DNA of 61,560 nucleotides, counting the filler. It is 3 parts of 3 records of this genome, joined end to end, with 100 filler letters (N's around TTAATTAATTAA, not from the genome) between each part and the next. Parts side by side here need not be neighbours in the genome. Positions count along the whole stretch, not along the records: positions 34,518 to 61,560 come from SRR31156797_3175; 2 more parts are not named here. One strand, 5' to 3'. Positions 38,412-47,869 of this stretch are shown one piece after another. A program made the translations under genes and the position numbers. The notes under the pieces were generated by a model, which was not told where the DNA came from, ran no database searches, and saw nothing but the letters and a program-made list of their open reading frames with translations. Position 1 is the first letter of the stretch. Each line of letters opens with the position of its first letter.

Positions 38412-39842
38412 TTATTGTCCTTGCATGTAGAGGTCGAAGAATGGAGAACTTAGATGGGAAAGTGCTTCCTTAGCTTGTTCGACAGGACAGTCACTATCAA
38501 ACTCTAGAGTTTCACCATCAATATCAAGATAGTTAACAGCGAGCAGTTCTTGGACAGCCTCTTCACCTTCAACTTCTCTGATTTTTGAAAATGCAATTTC
38601 AATGTACTTTAGGATCTCAGTGCTGTGAGTATTGATTACTACATTCACACCAGCTTGAGACAGAGCGACTAAAGACTTAATCATCATCACTTGCCAATCG
38701 GGGTGCAAGTTAGTTTCAGGTTCATCAATGAAGACGTAGCTGCCTTTCTTAATCACATTATTCTTAATTAAGGCATTGAGCATTCCTAAGTTAGTCATGC
38801 CGAAGGACACTAGGTTTTTTGATATTTGTTTGTTTGAAATATCATCAAAATAAGAAATTTGCCCATTTTCAATAATAAACTCGCCTGAAAGCTCGGATTT
38901 GATTGATTCATATATATAAAGTAGTTCAGATGTATTTTTGCTTTTTTTCTTAAGTGCTTCATCTAAATCAAAAAAATATTTTGGAACGCCAGATAAGTAT
39001 TCATTTCCAGATTTCATTTTCGCAGATATTAGTGCATCTCGAACCCTCCAATATGCGGGAGATTCAAAAAATATGGATGATGGTCTATTTTTGAAAAACT
39101 CTATATCTTTTATTTTTACGTCTAGCTTATCATTTATTGTTAAATTAAAAATCTTGTCTGAATATAATGAGAATTTACCATTAACTATCTGGCTCAGAGA
39201 TTCAACTTGGAAGTTGTCCTTAATCTCTGATTCAAGAATGTTTCTTAATAGTATTTCAAATGCTCTGTTATTGAATCGAACTAAAAGCATTCCATATTCA
39301 AAGCACATATTAATATTATTTATGATGCTTTTAATTAGTTCTACTGTTGTTAAATTTTTATCTGTATCATTGCTGTCAGAAAAATAAGCGTCTAATTCAC
39401 TAGTTAGTTGTTCGTCAAACCTTATAATATTAGAAAGATCTAGTTCTTTTGGAATTAAGTTAAGGACTTTTTTACTCATTTCTACTAAGTCATTATTAGT
39501 AAAAAGTGATATTTCTTCTTTAATTTTATTGATGAGCTCTTGGCTACTATGTAATTGCGAGTGAATTTTATCTAAAAATACTGAAGGATACTCTGTATCT
39601 TTGCAGGGGAATTCGTCTTTAAAATTTATTATTCTTTCAATTCTGTTGGTGGCTTCATTTAATTCAATTAATATATTATCTTTTACATCTAATTCTTCAG
39701 CCATTCTGAATATAGAATATAACGTTTTAGTAAAGAAGCTTTTCCCTGTACCGTTTGGGCCTGTAATCACAGTCAAAGGTGCTAAATTAATCTCAGCATT
39801 ATTTATTTTTCCTAAGTTTTTCACATTAAATTTCAAACGCAT
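38412..39842 (-). CDS. ABC-type (AAA_15/AAA_21-like) ATPase, defence-associated type
   Basis: GPNGTGKS, SFG signature-like motif, FIDEPETNLHP and INTHS. Confidence 0.88.
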   Translation of the reverse strand: MRLKFNVKNLGKINNAEINLAPLTVITGPNGTGKSFFTKTLYSIFRMAEELDVKDNILIELNEATNRIERIINFKDEFPCKDTEYPSVFLDKIHSQLHSSQELINKIKEEISLFTNNDLVEMSKKVLNLIPKELDLSNIIRFDEQLTSELDAYFSDSNDTDKNLTTVELIKSIINNINMCFEYGMLLVRFNNRAFEILLRNILESEIKDNFQVESLSQIVNGKFSLYSDKIFNLTINDKLDVKIKDIEFFKNRPSSIFFESPAYWRVRDALISAKMKSGNEYLSGVPKYFFDLDEALKKKSKNTSELLYIYESIKSELSGEFIIENGQISYFDDISNKQISKNLVSFGMTNLGMLNALIKNNVIKKGSYVFIDEPETNLHPDWQVMMIKSLVALSQAGVNVVINTHSTEILKYIEIAFSKIREVEGEEAVQELLAVNYLDIDGETLEFDSDCPVEQAKEALSHLSSPFFDLYMQGQ

Positions 39843-39846
39843 TTAA

Positions 39847-40473
39847 TTAAACCTTGTTCATTGTAAGTGCTACTCTACCAATCACTTTAACATCACCCTC
39901 ATCAACAGTAATCGTCGAGCCATTAAAGCTAATCGCTAATTTCTTGCCCGGTAAGCGTTGGATGTCGTTTAGGGAGAGTAGGCCGTCCATGTCTACTAAG
40001 TAGGTTCCGGCTACGGCTTGGCGTGATTCTTTATTTACTAAGAATGTTTTGCCGTTGTCTTTGATGGCCATCACTTCCGTCAGGCCAGCTTCTTCTAGCA
40101 AATCTTTATCTAGTGCCAGCGTTCCTTTGCTCTTGAGAGCACCATCATCTAAAGCGAAGCAATCTATATCAAGAATTGTCTTGGATTCGACTGTCTGTAA
40201 CTCGGCAGAAGAGGCTTTTTGCTTAGGGAAAGCTTCCCCTTCACCCAAAACCATATAAGCGATAGATGCGCCAGTTCTCAGGTGAGTTCTAATAATCACC
40301 TCATAAGGTGTTAATTTGCGTTGATGCCAAGTTGAAATTGTTGATTTAGGCACACCAAGAACCTCAGCGAGTGTCAAGAAATCACGTGAATTAGTGATCT
40401 CTTTCAATTTTTCGGTTACTTCTCGCCCTTTTAAATACTCAAATGGGCGATCTAAGTCTTGATATTCACTCAT
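39847..40473 (-). CDS. cI: 186-type CI repressor
   Basis: HTH LAEVLGVPKSTISTWHQR and C-terminal GTYLVDMDG..RLPGKKL. Confidence 0.92.
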   Translation of the reverse strand: MSEYQDLDRPFEYLKGREVTEKLKEITNSRDFLTLAEVLGVPKSTISTWHQRKLTPYEVIIRTHLRTGASIAYMVLGEGEAFPKQKASSAELQTVESKTILDIDCFALDDGALKSKGTLALDKDLLEEAGLTEVMAIKDNGKTFLVNKESRQAVAGTYLVDMDGLLSLNDIQRLPGKKLAISFNGSTITVDEGDVKVIGRVALTMNKV

Positions 40474-40564
40474 ATACGATCTAATATTCGCCTTGTTGGG
40501 TGAATGTTGAGCTGCAACTCTTCATTCCGATATTAAACATTCAATGACTTACAAGGATAGCACC

Positions 40565-40777
40565 ATGCTTTCATATCAAATAGTAATAAATACGCCTTTT
40601 ATGACCTATGAGCAGTATTCACAGCTTTCGGGCATGCCGAAACGCACCATTATGGATTGGGTGGCAGAAGGCAAACTTCCTATAAAAACCAAAGAGAAAG
40701 CGAAAGAGACACCCATGATCAACATGGTTGCTTTGCATGAAATGGCAACGCGCGAAGCGATGCAGTACTTGGGTTAG
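40565..40777 (+). CDS. cox: Cox/Apl-like regulator-excisionase
   Basis: PFMTYEQYSQLSG..GKLPI..INMVAL; divergent from cI. Confidence 0.85.
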   Translation: MLSYQIVINTPFMTYEQYSQLSGMPKRTIMDWVAEGKLPIKTKEKAKETPMINMVALHEMATREAMQYLG

Positions 40778-40782
40778 CTCTC

Positions 40783-40881
40783 ATGAAATTTTCCTCCTTG
40801 ATTCCCACCAAAGAATATTGCCCGTTGTGGCTCAACGTTCTTGGTTGGGCATTCATTTTCGTTCCGTTTTTCTTCAATTGA
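40783..40881 (+). CDS. 32-aa hydrophobic peptide between cox and cII (not in ORF track)
   Basis: MKFSSLIPTKEYCPLWLNVLGWAFIFVPFFFN fills the gap exactly. Confidence 0.5.
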   Translation: MKFSSLIPTKEYCPLWLNVLGWAFIFVPFFFN

Positions 40882-40890
40882 GTATTAGTT

Positions 40891-41430
40891 ATGGACGATT
40901 TGAACTCAATGTGCGTTTTACGTGGCTCGAAACAAAAGGCATTTAACGAAGCGTGTTGCGCATTTGCGAACTCAGAGAACATGACAGCGATCGCCAAGGC
41001 TCTTGATATTAACCCAACGATGCTGCGAAACAAGCTCAACCCTGACCAGCCACATGTGCTGAGTTGCGTCGAGTTAGTTCTCATCACTAAAGCGAGTGGC
41101 AACTACACCATTCTTAATAGCCTTTTGCTTGGCCTCGGTGTGGTGACGGCGCAAATCCCGCAGGATGCGAGCATAGAAACTTTCATGAAACGCGCGCTGG
41201 AAAACTCGATTCACTCTGGCGACTTATCACGGATGGCGTTAGACCACGCAGGGCAAACTCGCCTAAACCGCAACAGCAAACAAACCATCATCAGCAAAGC
41301 TCAGGCAAGCATCAGTAATTTGGTGCTGCTGATTTCTGATCTTGAAAGCCGCACTACAGGTGTTACGCCGTTCCTAAGCATGAGCGTCGACTTCGTGGCA
41401 AACGGCGCCCCAATTCCCGGACTCTCTTAA
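40891..41430 (+). CDS. cII: 186-type CII activator
   Basis: LRNKLNPDQPHVL motif; position after cox. Confidence 0.88.
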   Translation: MDDLNSMCVLRGSKQKAFNEACCAFANSENMTAIAKALDINPTMLRNKLNPDQPHVLSCVELVLITKASGNYTILNSLLLGLGVVTAQIPQDASIETFMKRALENSIHSGDLSRMALDHAGQTRLNRNSKQTIISKAQASISNLVLLISDLESRTTGVTPFLSMSVDFVANGAPIPGLS

Positions 41431-41433
41431 AAG

Positions 41434-41655
41434 GTGAAAGCAATGAACAACGCAATGGTCAGTATTCAAATCAACACTCTTGATGAAGCACTTCATTGGG
41501 AGAACCACGCTTCTATCACTCTCGAGAAGTTAAAGCAGAATCCGGTAGAAGGGCAGGAGCATTTGCAAAGCTCTTTGATTCGTATGTGGGGCGATGTGCA
41601 TCGTCAAGCGCGAAAAGCAGTTGGCCAGTTTGTTAAACAAGCGGATGCGGCGTGA
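41434..41655 (+). CDS. Early phage hypothetical protein
   Basis: Tightly packed ORF in the early operon. Confidence 0.65.
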   Translation: MKAMNNAMVSIQINTLDEALHWENHASITLEKLKQNPVEGQEHLQSSLIRMWGDVHRQARKAVGQFVKQADAA

Positions 41656-41882
41656 TGCAGTACGTAGCGATTCGTTTATTCGGTGATGGTGCGATGAAGC
41701 GTCATAAGAAAACGCTGGAGCCAGAAACAACGGCTCTCGGCGATTTCGATAATGCTGATGAAGCTATAGCACAAGCGTGTCACCAGTTGAACTGTAACCA
41801 CATTCGCCACGGGGTACTGAGTGAAGGCGAGGGCGCAGGTGGTTTCCTTGTTTTAGATATACAGGAGTTAGCTGAGGTATGA
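41652..41882 (+). CDS. Early phage hypothetical protein
   Basis: Overlap-coupled ORF. Confidence 0.65.
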   Translation: MMQYVAIRLFGDGAMKRHKKTLEPETTALGDFDNADEAIAQACHQLNCNHIRHGVLSEGEGAGGFLVLDIQELAEV

Positions 41883-42151
41883 CTGAAGATATCGATTTTT
41901 GCCCGAGTGTTTCTATCGAGCATTTACCCATTACGTCGCCTGTTCATTTGCCATGCCCTGATATGGCAGGAATGGAAAACCCTGATCCAAGTAAGCGTAA
42001 GCGTTCTTTGTTCTTACTGGGCAAGCTCCGTGAAAAACACGGCATTCATAAGCGTGAGCGTGTTTCATCAAGCTCAGCTTGTTTTGAATATGTGTGTACT
42101 GAAGAAGGTTGTATCGAACCTTGGGGAACCGTGAATAACGCAGTGGCTTAG
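41879..42151 (+). CDS. Early phage hypothetical protein
   Basis: GAGG RBS; ATGA overlap. Confidence 0.6.
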   Translation: MTEDIDFCPSVSIEHLPITSPVHLPCPDMAGMENPDPSKRKRSLFLLGKLREKHGIHKRERVSSSSACFEYVCTEEGCIEPWGTVNNAVA

Positions 42152-42155
42152 TAAA

Positions 42156-44234
42156 ATGGAAACCAAAGACTTACTCTATATTGCTGGGGCAGTCATGCCC
42201 CACGACAAAATCAAACGAAATGATGCCAGCTATAACGCTGGTTTTTTAGTATCCAAAATTTATAGCGACCAAGAACAGGCGATTTTGGATGCAGGTTTTA
42301 TCAAGAATATGCCGATTTATGATCGCGTAATCGGTAAAAAATCAAAACGTCAGTTGGGTGTTGAATTAAGAACAGCGAATTTCAAAAAGCTGAATTTTCA
42401 CTCAGAACACGACCGCGAAGCGGCGGCGAGAATCGCCGAAAGACATAGGCTAGTCAAAGGGCGCAAAAGTCCGACAGAAAATTTTAGGCACAGGATAGAG
42501 CGCCAAATCAGGATTCTAAGGAGTCTTGGTAAGGTTCGGCGCCCTAAATCTGTAATCGATGGCCCCGAGGCTTATTTCAATCATGAGGTTCTCTACGACA
42601 CTACAGAGCGTTCTAAGCCGCAGATATTGAACCAAAATGGTAAGCGAGCAAAAGCAGAGCCTAAGAAAATCCCTATTTCGATGAACTTAATGCATCGCGA
42701 GTGGGACAACACGTTTAAGTTTCAGGCGATAACTGAAACGCCAGCCAGTGCTGCACCGGAAGTGAATTCTGGAGAACGTTTTACTGAGAAGTTGTCGAGC
42801 CGTTCCGTACGAAAGATTTTTGAAGCGGCCGCGTATACGGCAACGTGTCACGGTGGTTTCACTACGTTCTTAACGCTTACCTTCACCAAAGAACAACGTT
42901 TGGCTCTGTTTGGTGGCATGACCGATGGCGAGAATTATGTTTCGGCCGGTCCTCATCACCCTATTGGCTACAAGCGAAACATGATTACGACTAGAGCTTC
43001 ACGTGGTGAGAAAAAGGTTGGTGATCCTATCGCAGATATTGCTGGCGAGTACTGGACCATTCCAAACAAAGACCGACCGATACCTAAGATGATGAATCAG
43101 GGCGGAATGATTGCTGGGGATTATTGCGATATTAATGCGAAACCTAAGCAAGAGTTCACCATGGAAAAAACGCTCGAAACTTCCATTGGCAAAGAGGTCT
43201 CACGATTTTTAGATGCGGCCAAGAAACTCTATCAACGTGGATGGATAGCTGACCATACCGTTCAAACTGATTCAGAAAGTGGAGCGCTTTATTGTGACCT
43301 TAGGAAACGAAAAGTAGAGCCACACTTTAAAGAGAATGAATTTGGCTTAACCGAGGACATTGATGATTTTCATTATATTTGGGTAGCTGAATGTCCAGAG
43401 AATGAAGATGGGGAACCGAACCCACACGTTCACGTTCTGCTGCGTTGGTCTGTGTCACATGATTTATTTAGTGCCTGGGCCAAACGTCTTGAGAAAATTT
43501 GGGGGCATGGTTTCGCTAATTTGGAGCGAATCCGTAAACCAAAAGCTGCGGGTTCTTACATCATCAAAGCGGTTGGTTATGCGGCCAAAGGAGATGATGA
43601 AAGCCAAGGGCTTATTAAAGGTAACCGTTACGGTGTGGCTAAATGTTCACGCGCACCTGACTGGAAGTGTTTAGCTTCATTTGATGCTGACAACATGACA
43701 GCGATTATCAAAGAACTGGGTTACAAGCTGGAACAATGGAAAAAGCCATATCGACGCCGAGTGAACAAGCTTCAAGCGGCTAAGGCACAAACCATAAAAG
43801 CCCAAGCGATTGCGAAACAGCAAGGTAAGCCCGAAGATTATCGAAAGAGACTGCAACAGCGAATCATCCGTTTGGAAAAGGAAGCCGAGAAACTTAACCA
43901 AACCGTTAAGTCACGAGGTGTTCATATCAGTACTACCAACCGTTTCTGCATTACGTTCGAAGGTGATGATGCACCAAGTAAGGTGGATAGTTTCATGCTT
44001 TGGGCTGCGGGAGCTCGCGGTTGGCCAATGCATTGTCGTGATTTTAGTTGTGAAGATATCAAGCAAGAGGCTGACTCATTTTACAGTGATCACTTCATCC
44101 GTTTTAAAGACAAGCGTAGTTACTGGAGAGCTGTACTTAACGATGAACGGCTAATTGAAGATGTTGATGACGCTGAAATCAGTTACTGGCATAGCATGAG
44201 AGAGGAAGCGATGCGGCATATGCCAGAGGATTAA
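42156..44234 (+). CDS. HUH rolling-circle replication initiator
   Basis: Motif I FLTLTF, motif II PHVHVLL, motif III YIIKAVGYAAK; lies at the gpA position. Confidence 0.8.
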   Translation: METKDLLYIAGAVMPHDKIKRNDASYNAGFLVSKIYSDQEQAILDAGFIKNMPIYDRVIGKKSKRQLGVELRTANFKKLNFHSEHDREAAARIAERHRLVKGRKSPTENFRHRIERQIRILRSLGKVRRPKSVIDGPEAYFNHEVLYDTTERSKPQILNQNGKRAKAEPKKIPISMNLMHREWDNTFKFQAITETPASAAPEVNSGERFTEKLSSRSVRKIFEAAAYTATCHGGFTTFLTLTFTKEQRLALFGGMTDGENYVSAGPHHPIGYKRNMITTRASRGEKKVGDPIADIAGEYWTIPNKDRPIPKMMNQGGMIAGDYCDINAKPKQEFTMEKTLETSIGKEVSRFLDAAKKLYQRGWIADHTVQTDSESGALYCDLRKRKVEPHFKENEFGLTEDIDDFHYIWVAECPENEDGEPNPHVHVLLRWSVSHDLFSAWAKRLEKIWGHGFANLERIRKPKAAGSYIIKAVGYAAKGDDESQGLIKGNRYGVAKCSRAPDWKCLASFDADNMTAIIKELGYKLEQWKKPYRRRVNKLQAAKAQTIKAQAIAKQQGKPEDYRKRLQQRIIRLEKEAEKLNQTVKSRGVHISTTNRFCITFEGDDAPSKVDSFMLWAAGARGWPMHCRDFSCEDIKQEADSFYSDHFIRFKDKRSYWRAVLNDERLIEDVDDAEISYWHSMREEAMRHMPED

Positions 44235-44297
44235 CAGCATCGAGTTTGAGTACGATTTCTCAATAAACAAAATCACCTGTACAAATAGGGTTAAAAA

Positions 44298-44317
44298 TAC
44301 TGTATGTTTATACAGTT
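44298..44317 (+). promoter_or_regulatory. LexA (SOS) box
   Basis: TACTGTATGTTTATACAGTT (CTGT-N8-ACAG). Confidence 0.85.
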
Positions 44318-44325
44318 AAATTTGT

Positions 44326-44571
44326 ATGGGTACGGCTATGTCATTAGAAAGAGAGGATATTTTCCTAGACGCGATGGGCTTTATCATCGATGCAGTTGCA
44401 CTAAGCACCGATGGTGAAAGCAGAGCTGATTTAGGAATTTATTTAATGAGTCTGCTGGTCGCAGACCAGAAAAAAGAATTGCAGCCTGAAAAACTGGAAG
44501 CCATCAGACAGTTGATTGAACTCTCTGATGAGGTAGAAAGCCCAGCTTTTTCGATAAGTTCTAAGTCTTAA
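44326..44571 (+). CDS. SOS-controlled small protein, Tum-like antirepressor candidate
   Basis: Directly behind a LexA box after rep, the position of the phage 186 tum operon. Confidence 0.55.
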   Translation: MGTAMSLEREDIFLDAMGFIIDAVALSTDGESRADLGIYLMSLLVADQKKELQPEKLEAIRQLIELSDEVESPAFSISSKS

Positions 44572-44611
44572 AAGAGGGCAGGCTGGTAACTAGAAGTGAG
44601 GTTTATTCAAT

Positions 44612-44845
44612 ATGCTAATTACTTGCCCTGTCTGCGAAAGCAAAGCCCGTATCGCAACTTCAAAAGCGATGAGTAAAGATACCCGCGAAGCTTACTGCCA
44701 ATGCCTGAATCTAAACTGCGGCCGCGCATTCACCACTTTGACCACAGTAAACCGAATCATTGAGCCAACCGGAGCAAAACCAGACCCGCTGTTACAGCCA
44801 GAACTGTGCAAAGGGGATGTTGATCAGATTGATATGTTTGGGTGA
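44612..44845 (+). CDS. ogr: Ogr/Delta-family zinc-finger late activator
   Basis: CPVC..ARIATS..YCQCLNLNCGRAF. Confidence 0.92.
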   Translation: MLITCPVCESKARIATSKAMSKDTREAYCQCLNLNCGRAFTTLTTVNRIIEPTGAKPDPLLQPELCKGDVDQIDMFG

Positions 44846-44930
44846 TTTGACATAAAAATTATATTTATTAGTGTCTTAGTAATTAATTTTTGATTGCCAA
44901 TTTATATGATAAGACGTTTAATTAGTTCAT

Positions 44931-45410
44931 ATGTTTATTCAAATGGTATATCGAATGATAAAAATAAAAATCGTAGCACTACTTTTTACTCTTTTACTTC
45001 TTGGTGGATGCTCATCTCCTGGACCTATGCAGATGACTTATGGTCCGATGAACACACCTGTATTTGAACCAATTATATTGGACACGCTAAAAGATGGATC
45101 CAATACGGTTCTTTTTAAAGAATGGACAACAATGTATGAAAACAAAGAACTGCGATTGTGGGGAGTTTTTTTCATAACGGACAAAGGTATGTACTTAGCT
45201 AATTGGGATATGTCTGGCTATCAGTACAATTTGAGATACCGTCTGCCAATTCAAGAGCTTGAATCTGTTTCAGATGATACAGTTGTTAGAAGTATGTGGG
45301 TTGATTCTAACTTATTAATTATTAAAGATAACACTGGACATGAAGTTGGGTTTGCCTTAAACGGTAAAAATGCAGTTCGCTCAATATTAAGAGAAATTAG
45401 CACTCAATAA
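44931..45410 (+). CDS. AT-rich moron lipoprotein
   Basis: Lipobox LGGC after a hydrophobic signal. Confidence 0.75.
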   Translation: MFIQMVYRMIKIKIVALLFTLLLLGGCSSPGPMQMTYGPMNTPVFEPIILDTLKDGSNTVLFKEWTTMYENKELRLWGVFFITDKGMYLANWDMSGYQYNLRYRLPIQELESVSDDTVVRSMWVDSNLLIIKDNTGHEVGFALNGKNAVRSILREISTQ

Positions 45411-45603
45411 TGTGTTCAATAGTTGTAGTAAACAAATGAAAGATCATTTAAGTGATCAAAAACGAACGATCGCGATCTCGACACTCTTCTAAATTCCCAA
45501 TCTAAAATAGCCCTGAGTTCAGTATCCATCAGGGCTATGCTCCAATAACCCTAACCTAAATCTTTGCGTATTAGATTGCGCAAAATTGCAGTGCTGAATT
45601 TTA

Positions 45604-45625
45604 GCGCGGAGGGAGGGGTGAGTCC
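45604..45625 (+). other. Candidate P2-like cos site
   Basis: GCGCGGAGGGAGGGGTGAGTCC resembles the P2-family cos; preceded by GATC clusters in a non-coding gap. Confidence 0.4.
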
Positions 45626-45710
45626 GAATTAGGCCTAAGCGCCCACCTTTGCTCTGATTCTTTCAGCTTGCTGCATCTTTCTATTTTATTTGTGATGAAG
45701 TGAGTCTTTC

Positions 45711-46925
45711 ATGTGGGCACGTGAGTACGAGCAAGGTAGGTGGAATGGGCATAAGCTCAACATCTTAGCGACGGCCATCGATGGCGGTCAGCGTTTGCAC
45801 GTCAGTGAAATCCCTTATGCCAAGCTGCCACACATTAAGTCTATGGGGAGCAAAGCGCGTACCTTAAAACTTGATGTGGTGTTTGTCGGTAGCAGCTCTC
45901 TTGTTGATGCCAACGCTTTCATTGCTAACCTGGAAGAAACACCAACCGGAGAACTTGAACATCCGTGGCTCGGTGAACTGCCATTGGTGTTTGAAACCTT
46001 CTCACAAAGCATCAGCACTAAACGAGGCATTGTTACACTCAGCCTGTCTTTCGTTCGTGCCGGTACTCAGCCAAACATCAGCGCACCGACCATCGTTCGA
46101 ACCAAGCAACTCGCTTCAACTGTAGATAGCATTTCAGCTTCATCGTTCGCGAATGATGTCAGTAAGATGAGCGTGGCAGAGATTAACCAGACTCAAAATG
46201 ATTTCACTGAAGCGTTGGACGTCCTCACCGATATCACTCACCGAATCAATAGCAACATCGACCAGACGCAAGGAGGCCTAGCTGACAACCAGCTCAAAGA
46301 CATCTATCGCACGATTAACAAAGCCTATACCGCTGTTGGCCGCCTAGCGTCGCAACCGGATTACTTCAGTGATGCTTTCAGTTCTGCGATGGGAGCTGTT
46401 GCGGATGGCGTTCAATCGGAGCCTGATTCAGAAAGCGAAGCGATTGATAACTCTCGCAACGCTCAGCAGTTGTTACTGAATCAAGTAAAGGACGATGCGG
46501 TATCCCCACATTACAACACCCAAATGGTGACGGGCGCGATTAAGGTCAGCAAAGACTTAGTGAAGCTTGAAAAAGAGGACCGCTTTGATGTCACGAGTAC
46601 GATGAAACAACCGGACATCATTCAAAGTGATCTCTCTGCTTTGATTGATAGCCTAGATGAGCGTATTGATGACGTTACTCAGGTATCGACTGCAGAAAGC
46701 ATCGAGCTATTTGATTCACTGCTGGCACTTAAGGGCAATGTACAAACTCAATACGACAAAGTAGACAAAGGCACTGCAGCGCACCGAGTTATTCAGCAGC
46801 CGCATTTTATGCCTGCTCTGGCCATCGCTCACGACCAATACACAAATGAACAAATACTCATTGCAATCAACTCGTTGCAGCACCCGTTATTCCTGCGTGG
46901 TGATATTGTCGTGAGGGATGCGTGA
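45711..46925 (+). CDS. Mu gpN-like DNA circularization/tail protein
   Basis: GGQRLHVSEIPY and GELEHPWLG N-terminal motifs; HPLF C-terminal motif. Confidence 0.82.
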   Translation: MWAREYEQGRWNGHKLNILATAIDGGQRLHVSEIPYAKLPHIKSMGSKARTLKLDVVFVGSSSLVDANAFIANLEETPTGELEHPWLGELPLVFETFSQSISTKRGIVTLSLSFVRAGTQPNISAPTIVRTKQLASTVDSISASSFANDVSKMSVAEINQTQNDFTEALDVLTDITHRINSNIDQTQGGLADNQLKDIYRTINKAYTAVGRLASQPDYFSDAFSSAMGAVADGVQSEPDSESEAIDNSRNAQQLLLNQVKDDAVSPHYNTQMVTGAIKVSKDLVKLEKEDRFDVTSTMKQPDIIQSDLSALIDSLDERIDDVTQVSTAESIELFDSLLALKGNVQTQYDKVDKGTAAHRVIQQPHFMPALAIAHDQYTNEQILIAINSLQHPLFLRGDIVVRDA

Positions 46926-47869
46926 TGAACAAACTAACTATGCAAATCAATGGCACGGAAGTTCCGTTTTATACAGCAGACTTAAACTACTCACTTGAGC
47001 AGCTGGCACACACGTTCAGTTGTTCAATCCCTGCTATGGATATCGTTGAACCGCTACCGATTGAATTCTACCTAAACGACAAGCTGATTCTGACAGGGCA
47101 AATTGATGGTGTGGATTCGTCAACCGATTCAAGCAGCCATTCGGTCACTGTCTCAGGCCGTTCGAAAAGTGCCAACATGATTGATTCACGTATCACCATG
47201 GATGCATTTTACGACCAGCCAATTGACAAGTTACTTCGCAAACTGGCGACACCGTTCAACCTTCAGGTTCAGTGCCTGGTTAATTCCTCAAGTTTAGAGC
47301 CTATCGCAGAATTTCAGATAAAAGCTGAATCACCGGTTGAGAACATCGCTCAGGTCATCCGTGAGCAAGGGTTTGCACTGGTAGAACGTAACGGTGTTCT
47401 GACCATTGAAGACACAGCGCACGCAACCATTCAGGGCATTGGTTTAAAAGTCGGTAACAACATAGAAAAGCTCGACATCACGCGAAAGTTCGACAAGCAG
47501 TTTCACACAATTGAAGTGCAAGGTGCTTGGGATGACGCCAGTGCCTCAATCATTTCAAATGATATTGATAGCTCAAGAACGCTGGTCATCATCAGTGACC
47601 AATTGCAAACCGAAGAGGCGTGTTTATCCCGAGCCAATTACGAGCGCAACTTAGCCATAGCAAACAGCCTGACAGCATCCTCAAGCATTGCTGACATATT
47701 CCAAGAGCTCGCGATTGATGGCATTAATCGGGTCATTCGTGTGATCGACAAGAAGCAAAATTTCAGTGAAATGTTAGTGATTAAAGCTTTGGGTCTATCG
47801 GTGTCCGAAAGCTCTGCAACCACCGCTATCCAATTGGCTCGACCGTTCAAGGAGCAAAGTTATGCCTAA
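46922..47869 (+). CDS. Mu gpP (gp44)-like baseplate hub
   Basis: LTGQID..VSGRSKSANMIDS; gene order. Confidence 0.82.
   Translation: MMNKLTMQINGTEVPFYTADLNYSLEQLAHTFSCSIPAMDIVEPLPIEFYLNDKLILTGQIDGVDSSTDSSSHSVTVSGRSKSANMIDSRITMDAFYDQPIDKLLRKLATPFNLQVQCLVNSSSLEPIAEFQIKAESPVENIAQVIREQGFALVERNGVLTIEDTAHATIQGIGLKVGNNIEKLDITRKFDKQFHTIEVQGAWDDASASIISNDIDSSRTLVIISDQLQTEEACLSRANYERNLAIANSLTASSSIADIFQELAIDGINRVIRVIDKKQNFSEMLVIKALGLSVSESSATTAIQLARPFKEQSYA

Noticed and set aside
37844-39842. Retron/Septu (PtuAB) or PARIS assignment
   Set aside because: No reverse transcriptase or msr-msd nearby; the partner lacks HNH and clear TOPRIM motifs
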